64,000 nucleotides of DNA from the human T2T-CHM13v2.0 reference genome, Homo sapiens. The stretch lies in NCBI RefSeq assembly GCF_009914755.1, contig NC_060937.1; one strand, given 5' to 3'. Shown here piece after piece: positions 1 to 12,847 of this stretch. The translations under genes and the position numbers were made by a program. The notes under the pieces were generated by a model. That model was given only the letters and a program-made list of their open reading frames with translations. It made no database searches and had not been told where the DNA came from. How positions within the stretch are numbered: position 1 is the first letter of the stretch; each line of letters begins with the position of its first letter.

Positions 1-495
1 GCTCCTGACCGGAACACACTCAGATCCTTCTTGCCTATGTGAGGTGATCACAGAGAATGGGACACAAGTGAACGAAGGAGCCCAAAACTGGCAGATACAC
101 AAGCAAGAGATGTTGAGCAGCAGCCATGCCAAAGAGAAAGCTGCACAGAACCAGAGACAGAGAAGGAGAGAGATTTACTGTATCAGAAGGAGCAGTTACG
201 GTGACAAGCAGACAGGACTTCTGAGTCACCATAACAGCAGAAGTAAGGTTGCTGGAGCAGGAAGCAATGTGCTCTGCCTGCTGAGGAAACAAGAGGATGG
301 CCAGATCATCCAGTGGCCCCAGAAGTTACTGCTGCAACTTGAGAGATGCTTTGTATCCAGATGATAATCCTGACTTCCTCCAAATTTCAACGTGAGACAG
401 TCAAAGCCATGTTCTCTTTTTTGTTATGCTCTGATAATAAATCCTTATCAACTGAAACAACTTTTATGTGAGTCTGATTCTTGCAGCCTAAAAAA
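1..495 (+). mobile_element. Old ERVL/MaLR-type LTR remnant (family uncertain)
   Basis: Purine-rich body ending with AATAAA and ...gtgagtctgattcttgcagcctaaaa, resembling LTR16/LTR33/MLT1-type 3' ends. Confidence 0.35.
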
Positions 496-1398
496 GTAAT
501 ACATCAATATTTAATTATTTGTGATCCACACCTTTCCTCATATGACACAAGAAAAATTTTAACTAAAAAACTGTAAACACTAAAGATGTTAAAATAGAGA
601 TTGCAAAATTCAAGTTAGGAAGGAACATATTTTTACCAACTTAAGGGCTAATCTCATTTCTAAATTTAAACACTGTAAACTGTAAACGTCTGGCAAGCAG
701 AGCAAACAACAGACGTCTGATGAAGTAAGAAAGTCTATAGAATTCTTATTATCTCATAAAAAACAGTATTTTTGATTCAAAAAAGGCACCATTTTTGCTT
801 ATAGTAACTTTTCAGGTGCAATATGATCTTATACAAGCAGCATTAAATCAAAGGTGTAAGTGATGTCTTTAACAGAAAGTTTATAGTAAATCCAGAAGTT
901 CTCTAAAACGATCTTTTCCTGTGATCATCCATGATAAAAGACAAGGAAATTGTATGAAAACCACATTGTCTGTTTTCAATTCTCCCTTTATTTTGGCCGC
1001 CCATCCTATTGTCTTTAAAAGGTATTTTGGAACACATATTTTTTTCCGTATTTAAATGTTGAACAAGGCTATGCTTTATATTGTTATACCTTCATTTCCT
1101 AGTTTTAAGTTACTTAATAAAATTTGCCTAATCTCCTGACTCATACTTTTGTTCCTCTGCCTAAATGTGAGTTGCCTATGCCAGCATATTTTCTCTCAGA
1201 CATTTCATTTCCCATGTTTTAATATACAGATCTAGCTCCCTCAGAAAGTCATTGTCAAAAAGAAACAATACTTCAAACTGTGCAATTTAAGATGTCCAAT
1301 ATATCAAAAATAAAATAGCACAACTAAAAGGATGATACAAAAATAAATCAACTAAGATATTAAGGACAATGCAAACATTCTGACAGATGATACAAATT

Positions 1399-1467
1399 AT
1401 GCATTACTGATTTCTTTAGTAAAAGTCTAATGCATTTACTAATTTCTTTACTAAAAGTCTAATGCAT
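1399..1467. repeat. Local ~32-bp tandem duplication
   Basis: atgcattactgatttctttagtaaaagtcta followed by atgcatttactaatttctttactaaaagtcta atgcat. Confidence 0.85.
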
Positions 1468-1719
1468 ATCTCCAAAATTGTCACTTAAAGATTTCCATTT
1501 AAATTATAAAAAGTCTCTTTAAGGACAGGTAATGATAATTCTTTGGTTTTTAGTGCAGCCATAAGTGGTGTCAAAGTCTAAGAAACTGTTGTAATTAGAA
1601 AATGTCTCTTTTTCTTATTTTAGCTGTAAGTTTCCAACCCTCTTACTACCCAATTTGGGTGCTAATATCTGATTTCCAATGAGTCTTTATGAAGTTTGAT
1701 GTACTGGGTATGGGCTGAG

Positions 1720-2265
1720 CGTGATGGTTAATTTTAGGTATCAGCTTAACTGGGTTAAGGGATACTCAGATTGTTGGCAAATAATTATTTCTTGGTATGT
1801 CCGTGAAAGTGTTTCTAGAAGAGACTGGCATTTGAATCATGGGCTGACTTAAGTCATGTGGTTTGGCTGTGTCCCCACCCAAATCTCATCTTAAATTATA
1901 GTTCCCACAATCCCCACAGGTTGTGGGAGGGACCTGATGGGAAGTAATTAAATCATAGGGGCGGTTACCCCTATGTTGCTGTTCTCATGATAGTGAGTGA
2001 ATTCTCATGAGATTTGATGGTTTTATAAGAAATTTTCCCTCTTTGCTCAGCACTTCTCCTTCCTGCCATCATGTGAAGAAGGATGTGTTTGCTTCCCCTT
2101 CTGCCAGGATTGTACGTTTCCTGAAGCCTCCCCAGCCTGCAGAACTGTGAGTCAATTAAACCTCTTTCCTTTATAAATTACCCAGTCTCAGACAGTTCTT
2201 TGTAGCAGCATTAGAATGGAATAATACAGTAAGGAAGATCAATTCTCACCTACTGTAAGCATGGC
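1720..2265 (+). mobile_element. MLT2 (ERVL) LTR 5' fragment, split by THE1
   Basis: gtgatggttaattttaggtatcagcttaactgggttaagggatac... matches the MLT2B/D start and resumes gtaaggaagat after THE1. Confidence 0.75.
1854..2228 (+). mobile_element. THE1 (MaLR) solo LTR
   Basis: tggtttggctgtgtccccacccaaatctcatc...gaactgtgagtcaattaaacctctttcctttataaattacccagtctc...aataca; 5-bp TSD ttaag/gtaag. Confidence 0.93.
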
Positions 2266-2281
2266 CACCAAAAAAGGCCTT

Positions 2282-3322
2282 CTTTTTTTTATTTTTGCAT
2301 TTAATTTATTTTTAATTATACTTTAAGTTCTGGGGTACTTGTGCAGAAAGTTCAGGTTTGTTACATAGGTATACACGTACCATGGTGGTTTGCTGCAATC
2401 ATCAACCTGTCATCTACATTGGGTATTTCTCCTAACGCTATCCCTCCTCTAACCCCCACCCCCTGACGGCCTCAGTGTGTGATGTTCCCCTCCCTCTGTC
2501 CATGTGTTCTCATTGTTCAACCCACACTTATGAGTGAGAACACGTGGTGTTTCGTTTTCTGTTCTTGTATTAGTTTGTTGAGAATGATCATTTCCAGCTT
2601 CATCCATGTCCCTTCAAAGGACATAAACTCATCCTTTTTTATGGCTGCATAGTATTCCATGATGTATATGTGTCACATTTTCTTTTTCCAGTCTATCATT
2701 GATGGACATTTGGGTTGGTTCCAAGTCTTTGCTATTGTGAACAGTGCTGCAATAAACATACGTGTGCATGTGTCTTTATAGTAGAATGATTTAAAATCCT
2801 TTGGGTATATACCCAGTACTGGGATTGCTGGGTCAAGTGGTATTTCTGGTTCTAGATCCTTGAGGAATTGCCACGCTGTCTTCCACAATGGTTGAACTAA
2901 TTTACACTCCCACCAACAGTGTAAAAGCGTTCCTATTTCTCCACATCCTCTCCAGCATCTGTTGTTTCCTGACTTTTTAATGATTGCCATTCTAACTGGT
3001 ATGAGGTGGTATCTCATTGTGATTTTGCTTTGCATTTCGCTAATGACCAGTGATGATGAGCTTTTTAAAATTTGTTGGTTGGCTGCATAAATGTCTTCTT
3101 TTGAGAAGTGTCTGTTCATATATTTCACCCACTTTTGGAAGTGGTGGTTTTTTTCTTGTAAATTTGTTTAAGTTCTTTGTAGATTCTGTATATAAGCCCT
3201 TTGTCAGATGTATAGATTGCAAAAATTTTCTCCCATTCTGTAGGTTGCCTGTTCACTCTGATGATAGTTTCTTTTGCTGTGCAGAAGCTCTTTAGTTAAA
3301 TTAGATCCTATGTGTCAAATTT
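2282..3322 (-). mobile_element. L1PA (approx. PA7-8) 3' end, 5'-truncated
   Basis: Poly-T tail and L1 3'UTR; ORF 2673-3128 encodes ORF2p C-terminus ([27 protein letters not shown]). Confidence 0.95.
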
Positions 3323-3329
3323 CCCTTTG

Positions 3330-3965
3330 AAGAGGCCTTCTATAGGGCAATATTCACCGGATCACTCTGTGGGGCCATCATGGCCCTAAGTAGATCAATG
3401 GCCAGTGGAACTATGGGGGTGAGGCCACCTCCAAGACCCAGACCAGTAGAGTCAACAGTGTACAACAGAGAGCCACAGGCATGTAATCTAACCCACAAAA
3501 GCTGCACTGTGGGTAGCTTGAAGCCTTGGGGACCAAATCTAATCCCAGTGTGTCCAAATGGCAGAACACTAAGTCAAAAAATATTTTTCTCAAGCCTTAA
3601 GATTTAATGTTAATTGCTTTTTGGGATTTGAACTTATTTAGGACCAGTTACTCCTTTCTTCTTTTCTATTTTTCCCTTTTAAAATGGGAATGTTTATCTT
3701 ATGTCTGTTCCACCATTATATGTTGAAAGCAAATAACTTGTTGGATTTCATGGATTCATGGCTGGAAAGCAATTTGCCTCAGGATATATATTATACCTTG
3801 AGTCTCACCCATATCTGATTTGGATGATGTTTGGATGAGACTCTGGGTTTTAGACTGTTGAGTTGAGTTGATGCTGGGACAAGTTAAATCTTTGGGGGTA
3901 TTGGGATGGAATGAATATATTTTATAGGTGAGAAGGACATGAGTTTTGCGAGGCCAAAAGCAAAA
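3330..3965 (+). mobile_element. MaLR internal sequence (MLT1/MST-int 3' part)
   Basis: Typical MaLR-int motifs (agccttaagatttaatg, gggaatgtttatc, gttgatgctgg...gttaa, gagaaggacatgagtttt) directly abutting the LTR. Confidence 0.75.
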
Positions 3966-4323
3966 TGCTGTGGCCTGAATGTTTGTTTCCCCTCAACATT
4001 TATATTTTGAAGCCTAACCTACAAGGTGAAGATATTAACAAGTGCAACTTTTTGGAGGTGATTGAGTGATAAGAACTCCACCCTTATGAATGGGATTAGC
4101 ACACTCATCAAAGAGGCCTGGTGGAGCATGCTTGTTTTTTCCACCATGTGAAGACATATAGAAGGTTCTATATACAGCAGAGTGCCCTCACCAAACACCA
4201 CATCTGCTGGCACCTTGACCTTATACTTCCCAGCCAGCCAGAACTATGAGGAATACATTTCTGTTTTTTATAAATGACCCAATCTAAGGTATTTTGTTAC
4301 AGCAGCCCACATGCACTAAAACA
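3966..4323 (+). mobile_element. MLT1A-type LTR
   Basis: tgctgtggcctgaatgtttg...atctgctggcaccttgacc...ggtattttgttacagcagccc...ctaaaaca. Confidence 0.85.
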
Positions 4324-5113
4324 GTGAGACTTAGGGGTGAGGAATTAGAGAATTACTATTGTTCTTCAGGCTGCTATAAACGAAGCTGAGGAAGTGATTC
4401 ACAATGTGGTTTTCTTAAAAAATTGGTATTTTTGCTGGACAAGCCCTCCTAAAGAGTAGTCAGTCTGAAAGAGATGGCAGAAAGGGAGGTCTAGATATAA
4501 CACTTTTAGTATAGTTTTGGGGAAAGCTAAAAGATGAGAAAAGGAATTGGAACGCGGAGTAACATTTACTTTTTTTGGTGGCAAAAAAAGAGAAATGTTG
4601 AAGAATGTCATTAATCATGGGCAGAAATAGCAGTTAAAAGCACAAACTTAATGTAAACAACAGGGGTGAGAGGAGAGTTGCTTGATTTGAAACCTCTAGG
4701 AGATTAAGGAGTAACTGACTCTTAAAACTCACCTAAAACATAGATTTTTGACAATTCAGGGCTGTTGATGCTTTACTTATATCTTCAAATCAGAATGTGT
4801 CCAGTTGGTTTGGTAAGCAGCAGCCCTTATACCTAGAGAAAATAAACATATGTTTCAATAATGTCTTATTTAATACAACATTATGGGCTGAGTAGTAAAC
4901 AGTTTTATAACATGCTATAATTAAAGGTTTTTAAGTTCTTAATTTTTTACAGTGCTTATGATAATATAACTTCTTAATTGCTACCTTCCTCACATGTAAA
5001 GCTGTCTTAGTTTAAAAATGAAAGCAATTACTGAAAGTTGAAATAGAAACATATTAAATATATCCTATACACAAAACATCCACATTAACAGTTTAGTATT
5101 TTTTCTTTAGAAT

Positions 5114-6186
5114 TCTGTCCAGAATTGGTTCCTTCTGGTGGGTTCTTGGTCTCGCTGACTTCAAGAATGAAGCCGCGGACCCTCGCAATGAGTGTAACAG
5201 TTCTTAAAGATGATGTGTCCAGAGTTTGTTCCTTCAGATGTTCAGATGTGTCCAGTTTCTTCCTTCTGGTGGGTTCGTGGTCTTGCTGACTTCAAGAGTG
5301 AAGCCGCAGACCTTTGCAGTGAGTGTTACAACTCTTAAAGGTGGCTCGTCCGGAGTTGTTTGTTCCTCCCAGTGGGTTCATGGTCTCGCTGACTTCAGTA
5401 ATGAAGCCACAGATCCTCGTGGTGAGTGTTATAGCTCATAAAGGTAGTGTGGACCCAAAGAGTGAGCAGCAGCAAGATTTATTGTGAAGAGCAAAAGAAC
5501 AAAGCTTCCACAGCATAGAAGGGCACCTGAGCAGGTTGCTGCTACTGGCTTGGGTGGCCAGCTATTAGTCCCTTATTTGGCCCCGCCCGCATACTGCTGA
5601 TTGCTCCATTTTATGGAGCGCTGATTGGTCCATTTTACAGAGTGCTGATTGGTGTGTTTACAATCCTTTAGCAAGACACAGAGTGCTGATTGGTGCATTT
5701 TTACAGAGTGCTGATTGGTGCATTTACAATCCTTTAGCTAGACACAGAGCATTGATTGGTGCATTTTTACAGAGGGCTGCTTAGTGTGTTTACAATCTTT
5801 TAGCTAGACACAGAGCGCTGATTGGTGCATTTAGAATCCTTTAGCTAGACACAGAGTGCTGATTGGTGTGTTTTTACAGAGTGCTGATTGGTGCATTTAC
5901 AATCCTTTAGCTAGACACAGAGTGCGGATTGGTGTATTTTTACAGAGTGCTGATTGGTGTGTTTACAATCCTTTAGCTAGACACAGAGTGCTGATTGGTG
6001 TCTTTTTACAGAGTGCTGATTGGTGTGTTTACAATCCTTTAGCTAGACACAGACTGCTGATTGGTGCATTTACAATCCTTTAGCTAGACACATAGCGCTG
6101 ATTGGTGCATTTACAATCCTCTAGCTAGACAGAAAAGTTCTCCAAGTCCCCACCCGACCCAGAAGCCCAGCTGGCTTCACCTCTCA
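5114..6186 (-). mobile_element. LTR12 (HERV9) solo LTR
   Basis: Reverse complement starts tgagaggtgaagccagctgggcttctgggtcggg; tandem CCAAT repeats; ends gaccaagaacccacc...ggaca; 4-bp TSD gaat (5110-5113, 6187-6190). Confidence 0.95.
5620..6130 (-). promoter_or_regulatory. LTR12 U3 enhancer array, about 14 CCAAT (NF-Y) boxes
   Basis: Repeated gagtgctgattggtg...tttacaatcctttagctagacaca units; about 14 ATTGG on the + strand. Confidence 0.8.
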
Positions 6187-6196
6187 GAATTAAAAT

Positions 6197-6199
<3 letters not shown>

Positions 6200-6235
<36 letters not shown>

Positions 6236-6510
6236 AGTCTTGCTCTGTCACCCAGGCTGCCAGGCTGGAATTCAGTGGCGCGATCTCGGCTCACTGCAAG
6301 CTCTGCCTCCTGGGTTCACGCCTCAGCCTCCTGAGTAGCTGGGACTACGGGTGCCTGCCACCACACCTGGCTAATTTTGTTTTTGTATTTTTAGTAGAGA
6401 TGGGATTTCACCATATTAGTCAGTATGGTCTCAATCTCCTGACCTCGTGATCTGCCCGCCTTGGTCTCTCAAAGTGCTGGGATTACAGTCATGAGCTACC
6501 GTGCCCAGCC
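6200..6510 (-). mobile_element. Alu (AluY/Sc-like)
   Basis: T31 tail; tgcaagctctgcctcctgggttcacg; small internal duplication and deletion. Confidence 0.93.
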
Positions 6511-6650
6511 AAAATTACAACTTTTTTAGCAGGTCGTGGTTTTATTTTCTTCATACCTTTTGATATTCCCATAATTTATCTTTTTCTAATTTTTCTGCTT
6601 TTTTCCTTGTCTAGGAAATATTTGTTGACAAACGCATTTGCTATATCCAA

Positions 6651-6995
6651 CAGTGCCTCCTTATCCTTGGGGAATATGTTCTGTGAACCCCCGTAGATGC
6701 CTGAAACCATGAATAGTACTGAATCTTAAACACTATGTTTTTCCTATGCATACATAGTTAAGATAAAGTTAATTTATAAATTAGACACAGTAAGAGAATA
6801 ACAGCAATAAATAATAATAAAAGATCAACTATAACAATATACTTTAACAAAAGTTATGCAAATGTGTTCTCTCTCTCTCTTTCTTTTTTTCCCTCAAATA
6901 TCTTATTGTGCTGTACTCATTTATTTTCATGCTGTGGTTGACCACAGGTAACTGAAACCTTGGAAATTGAAACCATGAATAAGCATGACTACTGT
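6651..6995 (-). mobile_element. MER44-type (TcMar-Tigger) DNA transposon
   Basis: Terminal repeats cagt..ccttatcc / aataag..gactactg; body gtggttgaccacaggtaactgaaacc. Confidence 0.8.
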
Positions 6996-8179
6996 ATATA
7001 CCGTATATATGGGGGATCTTACGATAGCCTGAAGGTATTGCCTAATCAAATTTCCAGACAAATGGCTTCCATCCATTCAAGCCCAAGGCCATGAAGATGC
7101 AATAAAAATAAAACAGACTGCAGCCACGGTCTCCCTTACTCAGAAATAGTTTCTCTCACTCTTACTTAGGCTTTCTTTCCAACCGACCTCAAGTTCACCT
7201 AGGCTGTATCAGAGTCTTCCCACCTGACTTGCTCTGCTCTCCAACTCTTTGATTCCTTTGTATGATCTTTGTTATTATACAAAGTGACCAAGCAATTGAA
7301 CATACACAATTATTAAGATATTTTTGGTAGTGATTTTGGCATAAATGTAGCAGATAGTGAGAATAGGTCTCTTCTACCACAACTTTGCTACCATGGTGTG
7401 ATAAAATCAAGTCTCAGACAGGAGACCACCATAAATACTATCGTTTCTTAAATATCACTTAGTAGCAGCACAAAATTGCTTTTCTGTGATCTCGGTGACT
7501 TTCCAGATCTCTCTCTCACTCTTTTTTTTTTTTTTTTTTTTAGGATCTGTTTCTCTGACCCTAACTAAAAACAAAACTAACAATATTCCAGTGGCAGCAT
7601 TCATTATAATATTGAATATTATATCTATGAAATATTGTAATTATACATTCAGCATCGGGCAATCTAAATTCCCCAAACATGTCAGTTACCATGCGCTATT
7701 TAAGGAAAGATACAAAAGAAGAGATTACTAACTTTTCAAAGCTTGTTCATCAAAATGTTAAAGCTCTGTCTTCCTAGAATATTTTAATCAGCCTATTTAT
7801 TTGGATGCCAGTAATGTTGCCAATGAAAGCACATTTCTCACGTTTGTTATGCCTCCGGTGGTAGTCAGAGAAAATGATATCTCAAGATATCTCTGAAGTG
7901 CAAACTTTTGACTGACGTTCTCAATGTATGCATTGCTGTTTTGGATGTATCTCCACCTCTGGCAGAGAAGATGAGAACTTACACATGTTCATCTTTTTGC
8001 AAGTCCACATTGAAGTATTTTCTAGTAAAGTACCACTTATTTAGTAGTTGTTCAGACTTTAAAATAATCTCTCTCTAGAATTCAGCTTCCTGCATATTTC
8101 CCTCAACATTGAAATGTATGGGATACTGGCACATTCTATTCTGCTTAGGACTCCTGCCTGGCTTGGAAGGAAGGATAAG

Positions 8180-8330
8180 ATGGAAAGAGATTGTGGTTGA
8201 GATAGCTGGTGATCACCAGATCTGTTTATCCTCTTATTTCTGGGAATATGGGCAAACTTTCCAGTCCCCCTTGCAATTAAGTTATAGCCATGCAACTAGC
8301 CAAGGAGCTGTGAGTGGAAATTGCAGTTGT
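8180..8330 (+). mobile_element. Old MaLR/ERVL LTR fragment
   Basis: tttccagtcccccttgcaattaagttatagccatgcaactagccaa...tgtgagtggaa motif. Confidence 0.45.
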
Positions 8331-9877
8331 AAAGTTTTTGAGCCTTTTTCTCTTTTTCTGATAGCCACTGTTTCTGACACCTTTCAAGAATTACTAAGAC
8401 AGCAAAAAGTTTCAGTTATATATGTTCATCAGTATTAATTGCTACATTTATTTCACCAATTACTTTTGTTCTACATTTTTTAAAAACTGGTTTATTTTCT
8501 TCTCCATTGTGCTGAAGCAAAAACAATTTCAACTGGAACAAGCTTTTGCTTGAAATAAATTCATAATGACAATTTGCTGACTCTTGGATATAAAAACTAT
8601 TACATGATACCTCAGGAGTTAGAACATGAGTATTGTACAGAATCTACGAATTTCATCAGGTAACTTCTCCAGTATTCCAGTTATCATGCTTCTCCTAAGG
8701 CAACTTTACATCTGTATAATAGTTATAATAAGATATTTTACTTTAATATCATAGGATTGATGGACACACACACATAGATATAAAATTATAAAAACTATAT
8801 AGTCCCAGTTTTTTCAATACTTCTACAAGGCAACAGGTAAGTCAGGGAAATCTACAGAAGTCATAATATCTAAAGTAAATGTTTTTTGCAGCAAATATTC
8901 ATTGGATATCTATATGTGCAATAATCTGAAATCGCTTTTTTGTTTAAGATTTTGCTCAGTCTCACCCTAGAATTAAATTATGGAGCCCAAAAAATGTGCC
9001 ACCAAGTATGTACAGTGTCAATTATGTACTCATTTAGTTTTAATAATTTCCAGGCACGTGAGTGTTGAGTGCCAGTCACAACAGAAATAGGTTTTGTGGG
9101 CAAATGATTGATCTTGGAGCCAGATTCTTGAGGAGAACCAAGAAAGAAATAAAACCTTATTTTATTGATATCTCTTATTTTTCATATTATTCCAGTATTG
9201 GATTTTAATTTTTAATGCTTATGGTAAGCACTTATTTATCAATTTTACTGGCTCTCTAGCTTTCCCAGAACTATTTTTTCTTTATTTTGCTTATTTTTAG
9301 AGCAAAAAAAATTTTTAGATTTGATATGTGGGCACTGAATGTCCAAAGGACTTAATACGAACACAACAAAAATATTCCATACATGAAATTTGTTTTACTT
9401 GAGGTTTTTTGTTTGGGTTATTTACTTTTTTTTTCTGATAATTTTCTTGGAAAAGGAGCATGAGATGTGAAAATTTGAGGAAGTAGCTTGTCAAATGATG
9501 TTTTTTATGCCCTCTTCATTTATAAGTAGCTCGATATATACTTCTAGATTTACTATATATTTATTTAGAATGTTTGGGTTTTATATTTCCTAAAACATAC
9601 TTTTATGATATTTTTAAGAAATCATCTTTTTCTGTTTTCTGTCTTTTGGTTCTGTTCTTCTATTTCTTTAACTTCCATTTATTTTGGCAGTTTTGACTGT
9701 CTACATTGATTCTATTCCCTACAATTTCCTTTCTCAAGTTTATTTGTTCTCACTCATATTTTTCATGTTAGAACTTTTCCTTGAATGTTTGGTGATTAAT
9801 GGCTTCTGTTAATCAATAAGACATCAAAGGTTGAAATAAAGCTCTTATAAGTCTTGACAGGGCTTCCGACTGGTGGA

Positions 9878-10243
9878 AGCTATGACCTGAATGTTTGTGT
9901 CTCCCTTACTGCCCCCAAATTTGTATATTGAAATCCAAGGTGATGGTATTAGGAAGTAGTGCTTTGGATAGGTGTTTAGCATATGAGGGCACAGGTCTTG
10001 TGAATAGGATTATAGGATTCTTATGAAAGAGATCTCAGAGTCGTAGCTGGCCTCTTGTACATGTGAAAACACAGTGAGATGATGCTATCTACAAATCAGA
10101 AAATGAATCTTCGCCAAACAAGGAATTTGATGGTACCTTGATCCTGGGCTATCCAGCCCCCAGAATGGTGAAAAATAAATTTCTGTTTATAATCCACTTA
10201 GTTTATGGTATTTTGTTACAGCAGCCAGAAATGGACTGAAACA
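9878..10243 (+). mobile_element. MLT1A-type LTR, probably inside an old L1M remnant
   Basis: gctatgacctgaatgtttgtgtc...ggtattttgttacagcagccagaaatggactgaaaca; TSD gtgga/gtggc. Confidence 0.85.
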
Positions 10244-11579
10244 GTGGCTGTCCTTACATGATTTTTGGGCAAGTACACACACACTTCTTTGAAGGATCTG
10301 CAAATATAAGTATCTGTATAATCATTTTGGGTAGCTAGATTATCCAAGGGAACAATATACCAATTTTCAGTCTGGAAGGTAAAATCCTGCCTGTTGTTTT
10401 GAGAGCTTAGGGGAAGCAGTTGACAATGGTTTTCATCCTCAATTGACTGTCCTTTAATAAGGTGATTATTGCTGCTCTCAGCTAGGATTGGTGACTATAA
10501 TTTGTTTTGTTTCAACTTCCCATAGAATGCATCTCTCACCCTTGGCTAGAAGGGAGAAGAGTTAGTGGCCTAGAGTAAGGCCTGGGCAACAACATTTCTG
10601 GTTCCTTTTCATCAGTTCTTCCATATTAGATACACCTTCTGCATGTGTGTGCATTACAGGTATCTCGTGTCTCCAATTACTCAGCATTTGGGGCAGGGTT
10701 CTAAAGAGGGAATTATTAACTTTGTTGGCATCTCTCCTTTAAAATAGGTTTAGATTTCAATTTTATGTTAATTTCAATAGCCTATAAATCTTCTGGTTTA
10801 TAAGAAAAAATAAATGTTTTTCTTTATTTACTTATTGGAATGTGCAGAGAAAAGCGTGTGACCATTATGTTCTGTTTTAAATGCCCCATTTTATTTATTC
10901 ATTTATTTATTTTGACACAATTTTTAAGATGAGAATCCTGTAGTTTTATGGCTAGATATAATTTTTTTATCCTGAGCCACATTCTTTAACTTTCTTTTTG
11001 CACTGGCCTCCCGAGTTGACCTATTTTTTATTTTCTATATTTCAATTGCTTTATGTCCTAGTTTAATGGTTCACGCTCACATAAATATGTTTATTCTTTC
11101 AACAAATTTGATTTGCTATAGGCATAAACAAATACCATATATATCTTTGAGAAACTGTCCGTATAATTAAGCCCAAGTCCTGGAACTAAATCTCTTACAG
11201 ACTTTTTTAATCATTTCATTTTGAAGGACTGTAAAAAAAAATGTGATTTCAGTTTCTTCCTCAGGCCCTCTGTGATGTCACATAAAATTTCACAGTATCC
11301 TTACTTTTAATGGTTAGAAATGAGCCTAATCTTTAAAAAACTTACTCCATTTTTAAGTTCCTGTTGCAGTAGCCAGGCCAAATTAAGGTACTATATCTAA
11401 ACACACCCAATAGTAAGAAAGTTGCTCTGTTTGGGGAAAGTCAGTTACATAGATGCTTTAACTGGTGAAACAGGTTTCCTATGTTGAGTAAAGAATGGGA
11501 TAAGGAAAATCTGCAGGCAGTGAAACTAATAACATTATCATTATTGTATTGTCTAGTAAACTTTGGTGAGAGTTTAGAG

Positions 11580-11752
11580 CAAGGGTTGGCAAACATACCG
11601 TAGCTCAAATCTTGTGGGACACCTGTTTTGTAAATAAAGTTGTATTGGAACATGGTCATGCCATTTGTTTATGCATTATCAATGGCTGCTTTTGTATTAA
11701 AACAGCAGCAACAGAGACTGTCTGGCCTTCAAAGCAGAAAATGTTTACTATC
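11580..11752. mobile_element. MER58A (hAT-Charlie)
   Basis: agggttggcaaac...cctgttttgtaaataaagttgtattggaaca...aaaatgtttactatct. Confidence 0.8.
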
Positions 11753-11879
11753 TTAATTAGTTTCTTAATCCCTGAAGAGGAAAGATGTATGAGGAGGCAG
11801 AGTGAATAGTCTTTAGCTCTTTATGATGTGTTTTAGCTAAAGGTTCTAAAAGAAATCACTAGCTAGAATAAGTGGGTGG

Positions 11880-12320
11880 ATGTGAATGAGGTATGTGTTA
11901 AACATGAGAATATATTCCCTTGAAGACTCCAACTTCAGGGAGTGTAATTTATCAAGGGCACTAGTGCTGTTCCCAGAAATCAAATGGTTGAGTTTTCTCT
12001 GAGCCTATGAGGCCACAGTACCTAGAAGATGCTCCCAGCCAGTGATGAAAATGACAAGGATAATACAACAGTTTATTTCTGAAAGTCTCAGGACTCCTCT
12101 GATGGCTGACTCCTAGATTCTGCTTTGGTCTTCCCTAAGTTTCCTCAGTGTTGTTGATGGCCTATGTGGCTTGTTCCTCACCTACCTCTGTGAAGCAGAG
12201 TAAGACTAGCATCAAATTTTGAAAGTTTTCCTAGCCTTTTCTGGTTTCCTTCACATTTCTCTCATGGGCATTTTCCCTAACACAATCCTTTTATATGAAA
12301 CCTGTGTTAGAGGACCAAGA
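11880..12320 (+). mobile_element. LTR16-like (ERVL) LTR
   Basis: cttcagggagtgtaattt...cccagccagtga...ggactcctctgatggctgact. Confidence 0.5.
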
Positions 12321-12498
12321 ATAAAACAAGCGCTTGCAGGATTCCCAGTTGGGAATGTTAAATACATTTCTTGTGCTTTTATCTTGTTCTTTGGAGCTAA
12401 GAAAATGTTTCCAAGAGATATATTATTTGAAATCTTCAGCATAAAGTCACTTGTAATTGAGTCCATTATGCATAATAATACCAGTCAGAGATACAGGA

Positions 12499-12847
12499 TG
12501 CTATGGTTTGAATGTACTCCCCCCAAAATTTAGATTTTACCAATATTATAGTATTGAGAGGTCAATCTTAATAGTATTTAAGAGGTAGGTGATTGGCACA
12601 TGAGAACTTCTTTTTTTGTGAATGGGATTAGGTCTTCTTATAATGGGGCTTGATAGGAGAAGTTGGTCCCTACTTGCCTTTCCACCTTCTGCCATGTGAG
12701 GACACAGTAAGAAGGTCCTCACTAGACACCAGCACTTTATATCTTGGACTCCTCAGGTTCCAGAACTGTGAGAAAATAAATTTCAGTTCTTAGTAAATTA
12801 CCCAGTCACAGATATTCTATTATAGCAACATAAATGGTCTAAGATAT
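12499..12847 (+). mobile_element. MST-type MaLR LTR
   Basis: tgctatggtttgaatgt...ccttctgccatgtgaggacacag...ccagaactgtgagaaaataaatttc...ctaagata. Confidence 0.85.

Noticed and set aside
805-861. Possible 40-nt exon (ttttcAG...GT|GTAAGT)
   Set aside because: Short pyrimidine tract; such matches are common by chance in AT-rich DNA.
2673-3128. 151-aa ORF
   Set aside because: Fragment of L1 ORF2p in a 5'-truncated copy, not a host gene.
5856-6083. ORF with peptide repeats; direct-repeat array superficially CRISPR-like
   Set aside because: It is the LTR12 U3 tandem enhancer: no unique spacers, no cas genes, eukaryotic context.
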